A stretch of 64,000 bases of DNA from Podarcis muralis (taxonomy: Eukaryota). The stretch is from the NCBI RefSeq assembly GCF_964188315.1, contig NC_135662.1, forward strand, positions 78,492,001 through 78,556,000. The letters are read 5' to 3'. The translations under genes were made by a program, and so were the position numbers. This document shows positions 9,429-21,878 of the stretch, one piece after another (position 1 is the first letter of the stretch; every line of letters begins with the position of its first letter). The notes under the pieces are model-generated. The model worked only from the letters and a program-made list of their open reading frames with translations. It ran no database searches and was not told the origin of the DNA.

Positions 9429-12400
9429 TGCTGCCAAAGAAAGAAAGCAAATGTGCCTGTAAAGCATTTCAGAAAATGGTTTGGCTCCTTTCCATTCTGG
9501 GAATAATTCGTTTTGAATTAACAGAGTGCTTGTAACTAAAGCGTCAGCACTGCTCGGAAGTAACATACTGAATGAGCTGCATTTCTCAGAGGTGCAAGAA
9601 GAATAAGGTGAGTGGAAGTGAGGTCAAACCATCTTTCAAGAGCATTTCTATGCTTTTCATGTAAAAGGTTTTAATGGGGAAGCAACAGATCTAGCTCCCT
9701 TGAATAAGAAATGGAAAATCTGAACTGAAGGTTGACTGGGCTTGGATAGCATTTACTTCCCAACTTGCAGTTCAGTCCTAAACACTGGTTCAAAACAACC
9801 CCATTGATTTAAGTGGAAAGGGTGTCTGTGTTGAAATTTTGGTGTGAAATCGATGCATCATTGTAAATAGCTCATTACAGTATTTTTTACAAGTTGCACC
9901 TCTCACGCACATGTACGCTGGGTATGGGGTGGGTTTACTCACTTCCAATTGCAGGAAAGCAGCCAGAGGAGGTAGCCCTAAGGAATGTACCACCCTCTCA
10001 TATATCATCTGTACCATGTGATAAAAGTTGCACCAGTTCAGTATTTACTCAGCCCTCAAGCAAGCAAACCCACCCAATCTGGGATAGCTAAGGGAATTTG
10101 TTAGCCTCCAGTGACTCAAACTGGTTCTTGACAGATGCTAGAACTGTATTCATGAATGTCTTGGGGGTTCCTGTAGCATTTAAGCCAGAGCTTTTTTTTT
10201 TTTTTAAAAAAAAAGGTTGGAACTCACCCCCAGCAATGTGGCCAACATGCAAGAGGAGCTGTTGTGGGTGCCTACTGGGTCGTGCTCATGACATTGCACC
10301 CACACCCACTGTGTGCAATCCTGTGGCCTATGGGAGGTGTCCCAGGGGACATAGATCAGACCCATCCTCCATTGTTGCAAATAGTTGTGAGATCCTGAGA
10401 AAGAGATCCAATGTTGGGGGCTCCATACCACTCTGCTATTGGCTCCTCTGGTGCCCAGGCCCAGTCATAACTGGAGCACCAAAGTTAGTAGGGCTTTGCA
10501 GGAAGTGGCTTTGATCCAAAGCTGTCCCAGTTCCCCTGGCATGCCCCCAAACCACGGAGCTATTTAGTAATGCTGATGCAAAATTACCAGTCCCTGATTT
10601 TGCATTCTTCATCCACTTGCATTTTTCTAAGTTCTTCTGGCAGTCAACCAAATGGGATTTTACCCATTCCATTTTCATAGACAGAACCACAACCTGGAAA
10701 CTAGCCAGGTCAAATATATTCTTATGGGTTCTGGTTTGTCAATGAAAATACCATTACATCCTGGCCTTTCCAGTCTCTTTTTTTCCCCTCCCACCACTTT
10801 GCTATCAATTTCTGTGTAGGGCAACTAAATAGACTGCACTGCAACACTGTATGTTCCAGAGTTTCCATAGCTGGTTGTCCACCCTGACAGCAGCACTCTT
10901 CCAGGGCAATCCCTCTGATACAGTCTGATGCAACTAAATGTAAAACGGGAGGGGGGTGTCTTCAATTATCTCCTCTACATAAATGGTTACAGAAGTGTAG
11001 AGCATAAAAGTACATTATGGCAATGTCCATCCACACTTTGCTGAAATTGCTATAATCGAGCTGATCTTAAGTTAACGCTAGGCACATCTGCTAATTAGTT
11101 TCATTCTGAAATTTGATAATTGCTATCTCAGGATGCTATTTTGAGTCTTGTAGAGGTCAGTCTGCAGGGTTCCCAAGCTGTCGCTGCTGTGTCAGGATAG
11201 TACCGTGGTAGTGCTAAGAGGGAGCCACTCCCATTGTCCTGTGGAAATACATTTTACATTAAAAATCTCTGCTCACATTAAAATAAAGTAATAGAAACCA
11301 GGTAAGAAAATAAAGCCAAAGCCCATTCACTAAGAAATTGCAGGAAAGTCTTAACATTCTAGCAAGGGATTGTTCTTGTCTGTTTTCTAAAGGCAGAGAA
11401 AAATGGACAAATCCTGCTCTTTAGATAGGGTGTTCAGAAATTCTGTTACCAAGGCTTCTTGTTGTTTCAAGCATGCATCTAGCACTTTGTCTCAAAGACC
11501 TATAAAACAAGAAGTTGCAGTGTCTGTGCATTGACCTATGCCTACGTTAATCCAGAATGAGGGTCTATTCCAGTTATGCACAGCAGCCTGAGATCTTTGC
11601 AGAATATGAATGCTTTCTTTCCCTGACCTCATACTTAATTAAACCACCCAAGGCACATCCTGATTTGACCTACTTAGAGCCTTGATGGAGGAAATTCCAT
11701 GTCAGATGCACTGCCATCACCAATCGCTGCATTAACATCTCTTAAATATTATAATCCTCCATGGGGACCTGTTTTTGCACATGCCACACAGTTTTGTGTA
11801 CTTATCATCTATGGAAGGACACTTGGATATCAGTTTTGTTCTAGGAGAGCCCCTTCCTTAGGTTATCAAGCATATGAGAATTATCTACTCAAAAGTTAGT
11901 GTTAGTGTTCAAAAGTTATCCTCTGAGGGATCTTTCCTAGCATACATTGTTCCAAAATTGGTCAGCTTTGGCCCCCTTCCTATCTCCTCTTATCCAGTGT
12001 TATTTCCCTCTGATATTTATTTATTTTTTAGCTGGGTAAGTTAGAGCTCCAGGAGAACCACACAGCATACATGCCTCCCTTCATTGCAGAGTTGGTTCCA
12101 TGTAATATGTGCCTCAAGAAAATCTACTAGAGAGCAGCTTCCACCATGGGACTCAGCTATGTTGGCAAAGAAAAAGCGATTTATATATGCATTATAACAC
12201 TGTGACACCAGATGGCGCTGTGGAGTTCTGTTTTTGCCAACCCGATTTCTCATGCAAAGTTTACAACCTGTTTAACTGAAACGCTTCTTGGATCCAGCCT
12301 TCATCTCCCATTGTTACGGGGTTTTTTTCTAGGTGTTTCTGGATAATAAGAAACACTTTGTAGCCAAAGATTCAGTCAGTCATCCCGACTTCCAGGAATT

Positions 12401-12460
12401 TGTAAGGAATCGCTAAGGTAGTCCCAGGTGACCTTGTGCTGAGGACAACCGCCTGATTTA

Positions 12461-12691
12461 CATTGGTACCTCGGGTTACAGACGCTTCAGGTTACAGATG
12501 CTTCAGGTTACAGACTCCGCTAACCCAGAAGTAGTGCCTCAGGTTAAGAACTTTGCTTCAGGATGAGAACAGAAATCGCACGGTGGCAGCAGGAGGCTCC
12601 ATTAGCTAAAGTGGTACCTCAGGTTAAGAACAGTTTCAGGTTAAGAACGGACCTCCAGAATGAATTAAGTTCTTAACCCGAGGTACCACTG
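12461..12691. mobile_element. Tigger-like MITE
   Basis: TA|CATTGGTACCTCGGGTTA...CGAGGTACCACTG|TA. Confidence 0.93.
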
Positions 12692-13675
12692 TATTGTGAT
12701 CCCCCTTAGTAAGAGATTCTCCTCACTCCCTACCTTGGAACAGGTAATATTTGTTCTCTACTTTTTCTCTCTAGCTCTGATGCAGGTATCTGCAGTGCCT
12801 TCTAGCAAAGTGTATTTGCATCCTAACTTGCTGCTTTAACCTAATGCATTTCTATGCATGTCCATCTGATGTCTACTGCTTTCCCTCTCCATATTTGGTA
12901 TTGGGATAATCCTGTCTTCCGCCTGTTAGGTTTAGCCTAAGAGTGGATAGTCCAGTTTAAATACTGTGTATAAAATCAACCTTTCATTCCTGTAACAACC
13001 TGCATATTAATCAACATCTGTCTTTCGTAATCAATGGTATATTCTTTGATCTTAAGCTTTGGCCTATTGTCTGATTACTAATTCCCCTTGGTGAAAGTGC
13101 AATTGCCCTCACAGTGTATTCTGATTCTTGAGTTAAAGACCTGACATGTGTTCCTCCTTTGCATCCCCAGTACCTGGAGACAAGGGCATGCAGTACTACC
13201 ACAACTGAAATGTGGAGAATGTGAGAGTGAGTGAATGAATTCTCTTGTGATGCCTCGGGGCACTTCTGAATCACTCCCCCCCCCCCTTCTGAAACTTGAC
13301 AGAATCACTATCTACTGGTTTGCAGCTGCAGTTCAATGTTCTTGTAACATTCTTTAATTTAAAGCCTTAAACTCAGCCCAGCATATTTGAAGGATAATGT
13401 TTCCTATGTAAATGTCCTGAAGTTTTAGATCTGTAGAAGACAGGTAATCCTCCTAGATTTACCAATTACCAGGGTTAGGGAAACAGCTGGGCATGTTCCT
13501 GTTTCCTTAACAGAGGTTTCAATCTATAGTAAGCAGAAAATGAAGTTCTTCCATAGTACAAGGCTAAACACCACCACCTCCTAAATACTGTAGATCAATA
13601 TATTTTTTTAAAGGGAAAGCTATATGTGCTGGTTCAAGACTTGGCAGCCATTGTCTAGGTTTTTTTAGTCCATTA

Positions 13676-13916
13676 CAGTGGTACCTCAGGTTACATACGC
13701 TTCAGGTTACATACGCTTCAGGTTCAAACTCCGCTAACCCAGAAATAGTGCTTCAGGTTAAGAACTTTGCTTCAGGATGAGAACAGAAATCGTACTCCAG
13801 CAGTGCGGCAGCAGCAGGAGGCCCCATTAGCTAAAGTGGTGCTTCAGGTTAAGAACAGTTTCAGGTTAAGTACAGACCTCCGGAATGAATTAAGTACTTA
13901 ACCTGAGGTACCACTG
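13676..13916. mobile_element. Tigger-like MITE
   Basis: TIRs plus TA TSD; same body as 1044-1285. Confidence 0.93.
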
Positions 13917-14990
13917 TACAGACATGTCTTTTTGGACTTGAAGAACCTAGTGAGGTGTTGAAGACAAAGTCATGTACCATGTTGTATGCCCTGAACCCCA
14001 CAAGGTAGCCTCCTGCCCTCAGGTGTAGTGGCAGACATTGGTGATGTTGACTTATGAGTCAGCTACCCATCTAGTCATCTTCTATACATGGAAGAGAGCG
14101 TACCATCTTGTCCTCCACCTAAGGCAGCAAATGACTTGCACTGGTCCTGGAGAAGTAGGAACCCATCAGCCTATTGCCCAAACAATTGGGATGCTGCCCC
14201 AGTCCTGCAGCACTGTGTCGTCCCATGCATTCAATCTCATTTCTTAGCACCAGTTAGAATGAGGGTGATGTGAGAAATTTGTTTTGTGTTCGGTGATTTT
14301 AGCCATAGCCAATTCTGAGTACGTGGCAACATCACCTTCCAACCTAGAAGCATGCCCATCTCCCCACATATGTGACATACCGTTCAATAGCTGAAGTGGT
14401 TTGTGGAGTATGTGAAAATGTTAAATGAAAATCCCTCCTCTACCCCCAGTTCAGCTTATCCATAACATGAACTGTTTGTGGTCCTAGTTACTCCTTTTGT
14501 TGTACTTTTGAACAACAGCAAAGCAACAGCTTTTAATTTTAATACAAAACATCATATTAATATTCAAGATGTCACAGATTACTATTTTGTAATGGATTCA
14601 TTGCCAGTCCTTCCTACTGATTTTTGTTTAGAGAATTCAATTACAGTAATAAGCCATAAGAAGCCGTAAAGAAGAAAAAAATGGAAACTGATCTCATCCT
14701 GTTCTTCGTTCACTGCATACTTATCAGAACTATCTATAGCTTTTGAATAATTACTACTCAAATTTGTGCAAGACAGTTATTTTTGCCTTTCAAGTTTACA
14801 GTACTGAAGATAAATGTATTCTTGGATCTTGGTGGTTTAAAGCTCCTGTGTGCAGTGCATCGTATATGCAAATACTGATTTGAAGTCCTATGCTTGCAGA
14901 GCTGGAGGCAAAACTGTCCACACACACGAGGTATCAGGAGACCTGGAGTAACCCTGAGGTTTGCAGCTATGGAAAAGGACCTCTATAGGG

Positions 14991-15126
14991 CAGTGTTTCT
15001 CAAACTTGGGTCTTCAGCTATTGTTGGACTACAGCTCCCATCATCCATAGCTAGCAGGACCCATGGGCAGGGACGATGGGAGTTGTAGTTCAGCAACAGC
15101 AGGAGACTTAGGTTTGAAAAACACTG
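14991..15126. mobile_element. hAT (Charlie-like) palindromic MITE
   Basis: CAGTGTTTCTCAAAC...GTTTGAAAAACACTG with internal GGACTACAGCTCCCATCATCC / GATGGGAGTTGTAGT inverted core. Confidence 0.8.
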
Positions 15127-15403
15127 CTCCATAATATCTCAATGGTTTGTATATAATGCTGTATGCATGGAATCAACTCATGCAACAGAGCTCTCCTTTC
15201 CTCTTCCTGTGCCTCCCCCAATCTGATTTTTAGGATTCAGTGTGTGCTGCAGGGCAAAAGAGGGAACAGCTGCATTGGGCAAGTGGAATGGCAGTGCTGG
15301 AAACAGCTCAACAGAATGTTGGCTGAGTGGGCATGGGTGGGGAAGCAGACAACCAGGTGGGAAGAGGGGATAGAATGGACAGGACTGTGCTCTGTGTGTT
15401 CAT

Positions 15404-15405
<2 letters not shown>

Positions 15406-15441
<36 letters not shown>
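15406..15441. repeat. (AC)n microsatellite
   Basis: Directly visible. Confidence 0.97.
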
Positions 15442-15443
<2 letters not shown>

Positions 15444-16648
15444 CTGAATAGGTCACTTCCTGATTCACACTGAGAAGCGGTGGACGAGACATCAATGGAG
15501 AAAGTAAAGAATTTAATGAAGCTGAGGATGGGCACCAATGTGTCTGGTTGTAACTTTAACTGCAATATCATAATTGCAGTAAATATCCAACAACACATTC
15601 ACTTCTTCCCCACCCATTGGTAAAAGGAATTCTACCAGCCCACAACACAGGTAGTCAAAAGTTAGGAAGCTAGGATATTGGCCAATTTTAGATCCACAGG
15701 TCTATAGAACGTAAGAGCTCAGACAGTAGTGCTTTAGCTTGAATAGATATTGGACCAGGCTCATATCTCATTTTTCAATTTATGCTGCCCTTTCTACTTC
15801 TTTTACTGAAATGAATTAGATTGCCATTCTCCAAATCAAGAATTCCAGAGACTCGCTATGTCACTGGGGGTAAAGATCCATTTAGCATGCCTGAAACTTA
15901 CATGAGTCACAAAGAAATACATTTAACTCCCTATATTTCTTGGTAGTTCTTATCACAGTTTTTCTTTATATCAAAGAGTAGTACAGTATGTTCTTGAGAC
16001 TGAACATTTCAAAAGAACCAAATGACACATGCCAACACTTAAGTCTCTCTTTTGGTTTGAAATTATCAGCCTAGATTTAGTACACCTTTCTTTTATTGGA
16101 CAACTTGATGCAAACTCCAGTTTCTTGAATAAGACTGATGTGTATAATATAAACAATATGTTTAGCCACCACTGACCATGACCATTTGGAGAAATACTAA
16201 GTACCAAGATGTGGACAACTGGAAGTTAGCTGGGATTTTTTCTTCATTCCCTAGGAATGGCAGCTTCTCCCTCCAGGACCTAGTTGTTTTAAAGAAAGAT
16301 ATGGCTGACTGCTTTATCCTGGTGTGCCAAGGAAAAACTAGAGCACAGCTCCGCATTATTTCGTTACAAAGAATGAAGCAGAGGATCTCTTGTGGGTAGC
16401 AAAGTCAAAATCAGGCTGGAGCAGAGATCTGATGCAGAAATCTCAGGAGTTCTTATTAGCTGGAGTTGACAGCATGAAAGATTGTAGCACCTATATTTCC
16501 TTCCTCTACCAATGGGAATGCCAAAGTGCAGTCTTCACTTCAGTGATGCTTTAGGAGATCTCTGTCATCAACAAAACCTGGAAATTCCAGCTGATCCCCA
16601 AGTTCTCATTGTGAAGCACTCTGGAAATGCCACACTGGTTGACCTTAC

Positions 16649-16652
<4 letters not shown>

Positions 16653-16696
<44 letters not shown>
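16653..16696. repeat. (AT)n microsatellite
   Basis: Directly visible. Confidence 0.97.
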
Positions 16697-16699
<3 letters not shown>

Positions 16700-16709
16700 A
16701 TTGTCTGTA

Positions 16710-17066
16710 AAGGTAAAGGTACCCCTGCCCGTTTGGGCCAGTCTTGACAGACTCTAGGGTTGTGCGCCCATCTCACTCTATAGGCCGGGGGCCAGCACTG
16801 TCCGGAGACACTTCCAGGTCACGTGGCCAGCGTGACATCGCTGCTCTGGTGAGCCAGAGCTGCACACGGAAACGCCGTTTACCTTCCCGCTAGTAAGCGG
16901 TCCCTATTTATCTACTTGCACCTGGGGGTGCTTTCGAACTGCTAGGTTGGCAGGCGCTGGGACCGAAGAACGGGAGCGCACCCCGCCGCGGGGATTCGAA
17001 CTGCCGACCTTTTGATCGGCAAGCCCTAGGCGCTGAGGCTTTTGCCCACAGCGCCACCCGCGTCCC
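16710..17066 (-). mobile_element. Sauria SINE (subfamily B)
   Basis: Reverse complement of the GGGACGCGGGTGGCGC...GGGGTACCTTTACCTTT variant. TSD CATTGTCTGTA at 16699-16709 and 17067-17077. Confidence 0.93.
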
Positions 17067-17417
17067 CATTGTCTGTACTGGCTATCAAATTACACAAAAA
17101 CACCACAGTTTCCTCAGATATGCACAGCATCCAAACTATTAGACTTTTCAAAAACCTATTGGAAGTACAAAGGCATCTGAGCTGCTTTAATTACCCTGCT
17201 GACCATTGTGGATCACACTGAGCCATGTTATTTTGCCAAGGGGGAGGAGGAGAATTGGAACAATGTGATGTGCCAATTTTTGGAGTAGGGAAGAAAGAAG
17301 CCACAACAGAAAAGCTGGATACAGTTATTTTATACTTGGTTTAAGCTGCGTACTTCTATTAGGATTTGTAACAAAAAAAGTTAAATAATAAAGAAAACGT
17401 TTTCCTTTTTCTTGATT

Positions 17418-17471
17418 CAGGTGGGTAGCCGTGTTGGTCTGACACAGTCGAGATATAGATAGATAGATGAT

Positions 17472-17502
<31 letters not shown>

Positions 17503-17650
17503 GATAGATGATATAGATATAATTATCCAGTAGCACCTTAGAGACCAGCTAAGTTTGTTCTTGGTATCTGAAGAAGTGTGCATGCACACGAAAGCTTATA
17601 CCAAGAACAAACTTAGTTGGTCTCTAAGGTACTACTGGACAATTTCTTTT
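17418..17650 (+). mobile_element. Penelope-like element (PLE) terminal remnant with inverted duplication
   Basis: GGTAGCCGTGTTGGTCTG...CCAGTAGCACCTTAGAGACC is the squamate PLE pseudo-LTR end. An inverted copy (17418-17567, with an (AGAT)n expansion) is joined to a direct copy (17568-17650). Confidence 0.8.
17563..17602 (+). ncRNA. Minimal type I hammerhead ribozyme motif (PLE type)
   Basis: GGTAT-CTGAAGA-A-GTGTGC(AT)GCACAC-GAAA-GC-TT-ATACC gives stem I, the CUGANGA core, stem II, GAAA, a 2-nt palindromic stem III and the NUH site. Confidence 0.8.
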
Positions 17651-19319
17651 AGTTTTTTTATATATTCCTTTTTCTTTTAAATCAAAAAGTTCTTTTTTAA
17701 AATTAATGTTACATAGATTAGTTCATTCTCTGCATTGATCGTTGTTTCCTGTAGAGACTAAGGTGTATGTATGTATGTATGTATGTATACACACACGCAC
17801 ACTTGCCTGCAGACAAGTAGAGCATCTACTTCCATATTTATGTTTGATGTTTTTGACACTTTCTTCTACGCTACCCGCATGGTCCTAATTCTGTATTGTC
17901 TTTGGCTGTATTTGCATTACAAGGACACGACTGCAATTCGCTATCCTCCCCTACCCCAAAGAAGATCAGTAGTATGCACGGGAGCATCCTAAGAGCTTTC
18001 CTCCTAGATCTTTGCAAGCTTTACAGTGGGCAGCAATACTCGCTCAGTTAAAACCAAACACAAATTGTAGAATAACTTTCAGTAGTCTTAGAAAGAGCCT
18101 ATAATCCTAGTCACTGGAACCAAGTGACATTGAAATCAATAGGGTTTTCTTCCCCCCTCTCTCTTTTTGGATTGTAGTGCTAGAATGCTTCCAGAAGCTA
18201 TTTATAGTTTCAGACTGTCTCAAAACGAAGAGGTTCGTGGAAGGAGATTGCTCCACACGAGTTAATTTTTAAATACAGATGTGTTGTTTTGGTTTGGTTC
18301 TAAACGCCACATACAGGAGAGTTTTCCTATGTAATGCCACTTACGAATTCAAGGAAGCCCTGCGGCATTTTGCCTGTAGCCTGACACATCCAAATGCTAC
18401 TGGATCAGGTGGCAGTTTCTGCCTGTTACAGCTGGCGATGTGGCAGACTTGATTACTTCATTTTCCTTTTTAATCCATTTCAATATATTGCCTTGTCCCC
18501 ATTGTGATCGAAACAATGTGCAGATACTAAGCCTCTCAGATTTCACATCCATCTGTTCAGGAAAAGGGATCTTGTCTGCCGCCATCTTTGTCTGTCTGTT
18601 CCATAATCAGTACACATTTAACACGAAGCAATGTGAAGCTCTTGCTTCAAACAGCAGCTCCCAGTAAGGGTAGATTTTCCAGCTGCAGCTTTTTCCATTT
18701 TCTTCTCCAGCCCAGAGTAAAGCAGCATGAGGTTGACCTTAAGTGCACTGCTTCATGAAGTTATAAATTTCAGATACCTGAAATCACTGATTTGCTTGCA
18801 GTTTGATGTTTGTGATCATTGTGGTTGGAAGAGGTGCAAGAGAGATTTGTAGTACATTTCTCTTGGGATCAGGCTCATGGAGGCTTAGGTCCAATGAACT
18901 GTGCAATGAGTTTTCTTATTGGGGCAGGTAGACATGTTTCCTCCCACAGTATTCCCTCAGGCTGCTTGGCAAAGTGCTTTAGAAAAGTAGGGTACATTCA
19001 AAAGATGTTTGTAATATGGCACTGGAGTCTGCTGGCCAAAAAGGCAAAAAACCAAACCCAAGTGCTAGGCAGCTACAGGCTCTTGGATGAACCTAAATAG
19101 GCTGTGTGGATGCAAATCAAAGACAATAGTGAATTAAATAGAAACAGAGAACAATTTGGACCTGAAGGATTTTGGAATATGAACTCCCCCAATTTTGGAA
19201 TTTCATCCTCCCCCAAGCTTGAGATGAGGGAGCAAACAAGAGGCTGGAAGAGCCTTTGAGCAGTAGCAAACTTTATTACAAATGAGGCCCAAAAGCAGAG
19301 AATGAAATTCCAGTGGCCC

Positions 19320-19430
19320 ATCTGGTCCAGCATTCTGTTCTCACAGTGACCAACCAGGTGCCTATGGGAAAACCACAAGCAGGTTTCAAGAACAAGAATA
19401 TTCTCCCTTCCTGTGATTCCCAGCTCCAGG
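19320..19430 (-). mobile_element. CR1 3' UTR remnant
   Basis: GGCCCATCTGGTCCAGCATTCTGTTCTCACAGTGACCAACCAGGTGCCTATGGG, similar to 4230-4320. Confidence 0.6.
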
Positions 19431-20559
19431 CAAGGATTCCTGAAAATGGTACACAGGCCAAATGATGAGGTTTGGCAGGTCAAGTTTGGCCCATGGCCTG
19501 GAGTTCCCCCAGCCTTGCTTTAGAGCATCATTTCCTGCAAAGTGTATGCTTCTCGGTCTCATGACTTGAATTGGGAGGCATAGAATACTACAAGTCGTAC
19601 ATACTTCTGCAGGACATTGTGCTCTTCGTTATGCTGAGGAACATCTAGGCTACACAAGCTTGAGACTTCTTTTGCCTCTGGCAAGGTTCCACCCGACATA
19701 CTGGTTTCATATTGAGACCACTGTTACAGTGAAGATACTGGGGAGAGAGGGCGGGGCTTAGTTTGTGAGGCATTTGCAATCCCAGCGACTACCGTATATT
19801 GGGAGCTCGGAGTTAGGAAAAAACAAAACCCTAACAATTTCCGATGGTGAGAGGGCTGGGAAAAGCTCAGTTTGTCAAACTGAATTTTGAATCGTGCTCA
19901 AGAGAATTCACCACTCCTTGTAAACAAGTCTGTTCTTTCCCCCATGGGATTCTCTAGATTATCCTGGTAGTTTCCCATTAGTTTCTGTTAAAATGTTTAA
20001 ATGAATCTTTGTTGTTAGCACTTAAAACTTTAATAAACTATATTGGGCACCACCAAAATGAAATAAGTAATTATGTTAGTCCTTTTCTTTTTTTTAGTGG
20101 GAGAATTAAATTCATGATTGAGGCTGTAAGTGTAATCCTCTAAGCATGTATAAGATTGCGCTGTGAATCTCTTCATTTGAAATGAATGGGATGTATGTAG
20201 AATACTTAAGTTTGGATGAATTGTGCCAATACTTAATTATTTGTGGTGTGGGTGGGCTTGAATAACTATTTTAATTCATTTTATGTAGCTGTTGGATCTC
20301 ATTTTCCTCACAAGCACACAACTGCAAAAAGTTTGGGAATAATATATGCAAAATATGTATACCATCATCATCATCATCATCATTTATTTTTTCCATTTAT
20401 ATACCGCCCTTTATCAAAATACCCCAGGGCAGTGTACAACATTATAAACATGAAAAACTGGTACCTTAGTAATGGGAGACAAGCTGACTGGAGTCTGACA
20501 TCTGGAATGGTATTTAAGTAATGAAACTGTTGAAGTACAGTAATTTCAGAATTATGTTC

Positions 20560-21240
20560 TGAAAAAAGGACCTATTTAGTATTAGGGGAGAAAACAATAA
20601 AAAGAAATTAATATATTATTAAGTAGAACAGATGGAAAGTCCATGGATGGGGGAAATAGTGTTGGTAAAATTAAATATTCTTTCTAAAATTACCATACTT
20701 TTTAAATGTTACCTTTTAATATATCAAAGAAGTTCCTGGTCCAAGAGAATACAATGTATAGGAAATCTGTGTTATTATTTATACTAAATAGCTTTTAAAA
20801 AATAATCAAAAGAAGCTTACAAATATAAATAAAATATTAGGGAGGGAAATAAAGTAACATTAAAACTGCATATAAAACAAGATTAAATACAGTTCCAGAG
20901 GGACTAAAACTATTAAATCTGGAGAAATAAAACGGGTTACATCTGTCACAGGAAATATGCTGTTTATTATTTTTTTTATATTTCAATTTGACATTTTAGC
21001 AGTAGGCTATTGTATAGGGAAATCTGGATAGAAAGATACACTTACATTTTTGAGAAAATTGCTTGTAATGTCCTAGAAAGGATTCGTCTTTGCAATATTA
21101 TGATATTATTTTGAAGACAGGTGTTCCAGTTGAACTGAAATTCAGAATAGACTGGGGAAAATATGGTAGATGTGTGGGAAGATGTATGAATGCAATAAAT
21201 TAAATGTTTTACACCTGCTAAACCCATTTTAAAGTTAAAA
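20560..21240 (+). mobile_element. Highly degraded L1-clade ORF2 fragment
   Basis: Frame-shifted remnants: GEIVLVKLNILSK resembles GRI.LVKMNILPK, and EGLKLLNLEK resembles GGL.LPNL..Y. AT-rich. Confidence 0.5.
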
Positions 21241-21836
21241 ACAAGTGGTATATGGTAATATGTTCAGCCATGCAGCTCTGACTAGAGATTTCGGCAGTCC
21301 TGTGGCATTTTCAAGTTTGTTCGCTTTTCTAGTTGCTTGGGAATCCAATATGTATGAGTATTATGCATATTAGACATCAAAAGCTATATGAAAAGTGAAA
21401 CACTTGTATTTATAGAAGTGCTATAAAGTGCTATAAAGGCTTATATTTATAGAAGTGCTATAAAGGCTATGGGAAGTGCCCCCCCCCCCTCTGTCTGAAG
21501 GCTTAGTGAAAAAGATAATAAGTTCACTCAAAAATGAGTCCCATTGAAGTCAATGGGGCTTACTTGCAAGTGTGAGTGGAGAATTGCTGCCTCAGACTAA
21601 GAGATCAATGTGTTTAGATGCTAAAAAGAAGCTTAAGAGTTGATTGCATATTGCACACAAGTCTCTTCCTGAAAAGGAAGTCCTGGATTCACAAAAAAGG
21701 GTCATTAATGCAGCAGAGAAAGGCATAAGAAGAGTCAGTGGATTGTTGTTGAAGCTGAATAAACTCAAGGGAAAAGACTCAGTTTTAACAATGTGATTCC
21801 AGGTAAAAACGTCAACACAAGAAACTATCAGAAAGT

Positions 21837-21838
<2 letters not shown>

Positions 21839-21876
<38 letters not shown>
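21839..21876. repeat. (GT)n microsatellite
   Basis: Directly visible. Confidence 0.97.

Positions 21877-21878
<2 letters not shown>

Noticed and set aside
8922-9566. ORFs containing X runs
   Set aside because: Artefacts of the 200-N gap.
11128-11306. Possible exon ending at CAG|GTAAGA (~11301)
   Set aside because: An isolated strong donor is expected by chance in 57 kb, and there is no coding or other support.
21407-21468. Repeated TATTTATAGAAGTGCTATAAAG
   Set aside because: A simple local slippage duplication with no further structure.
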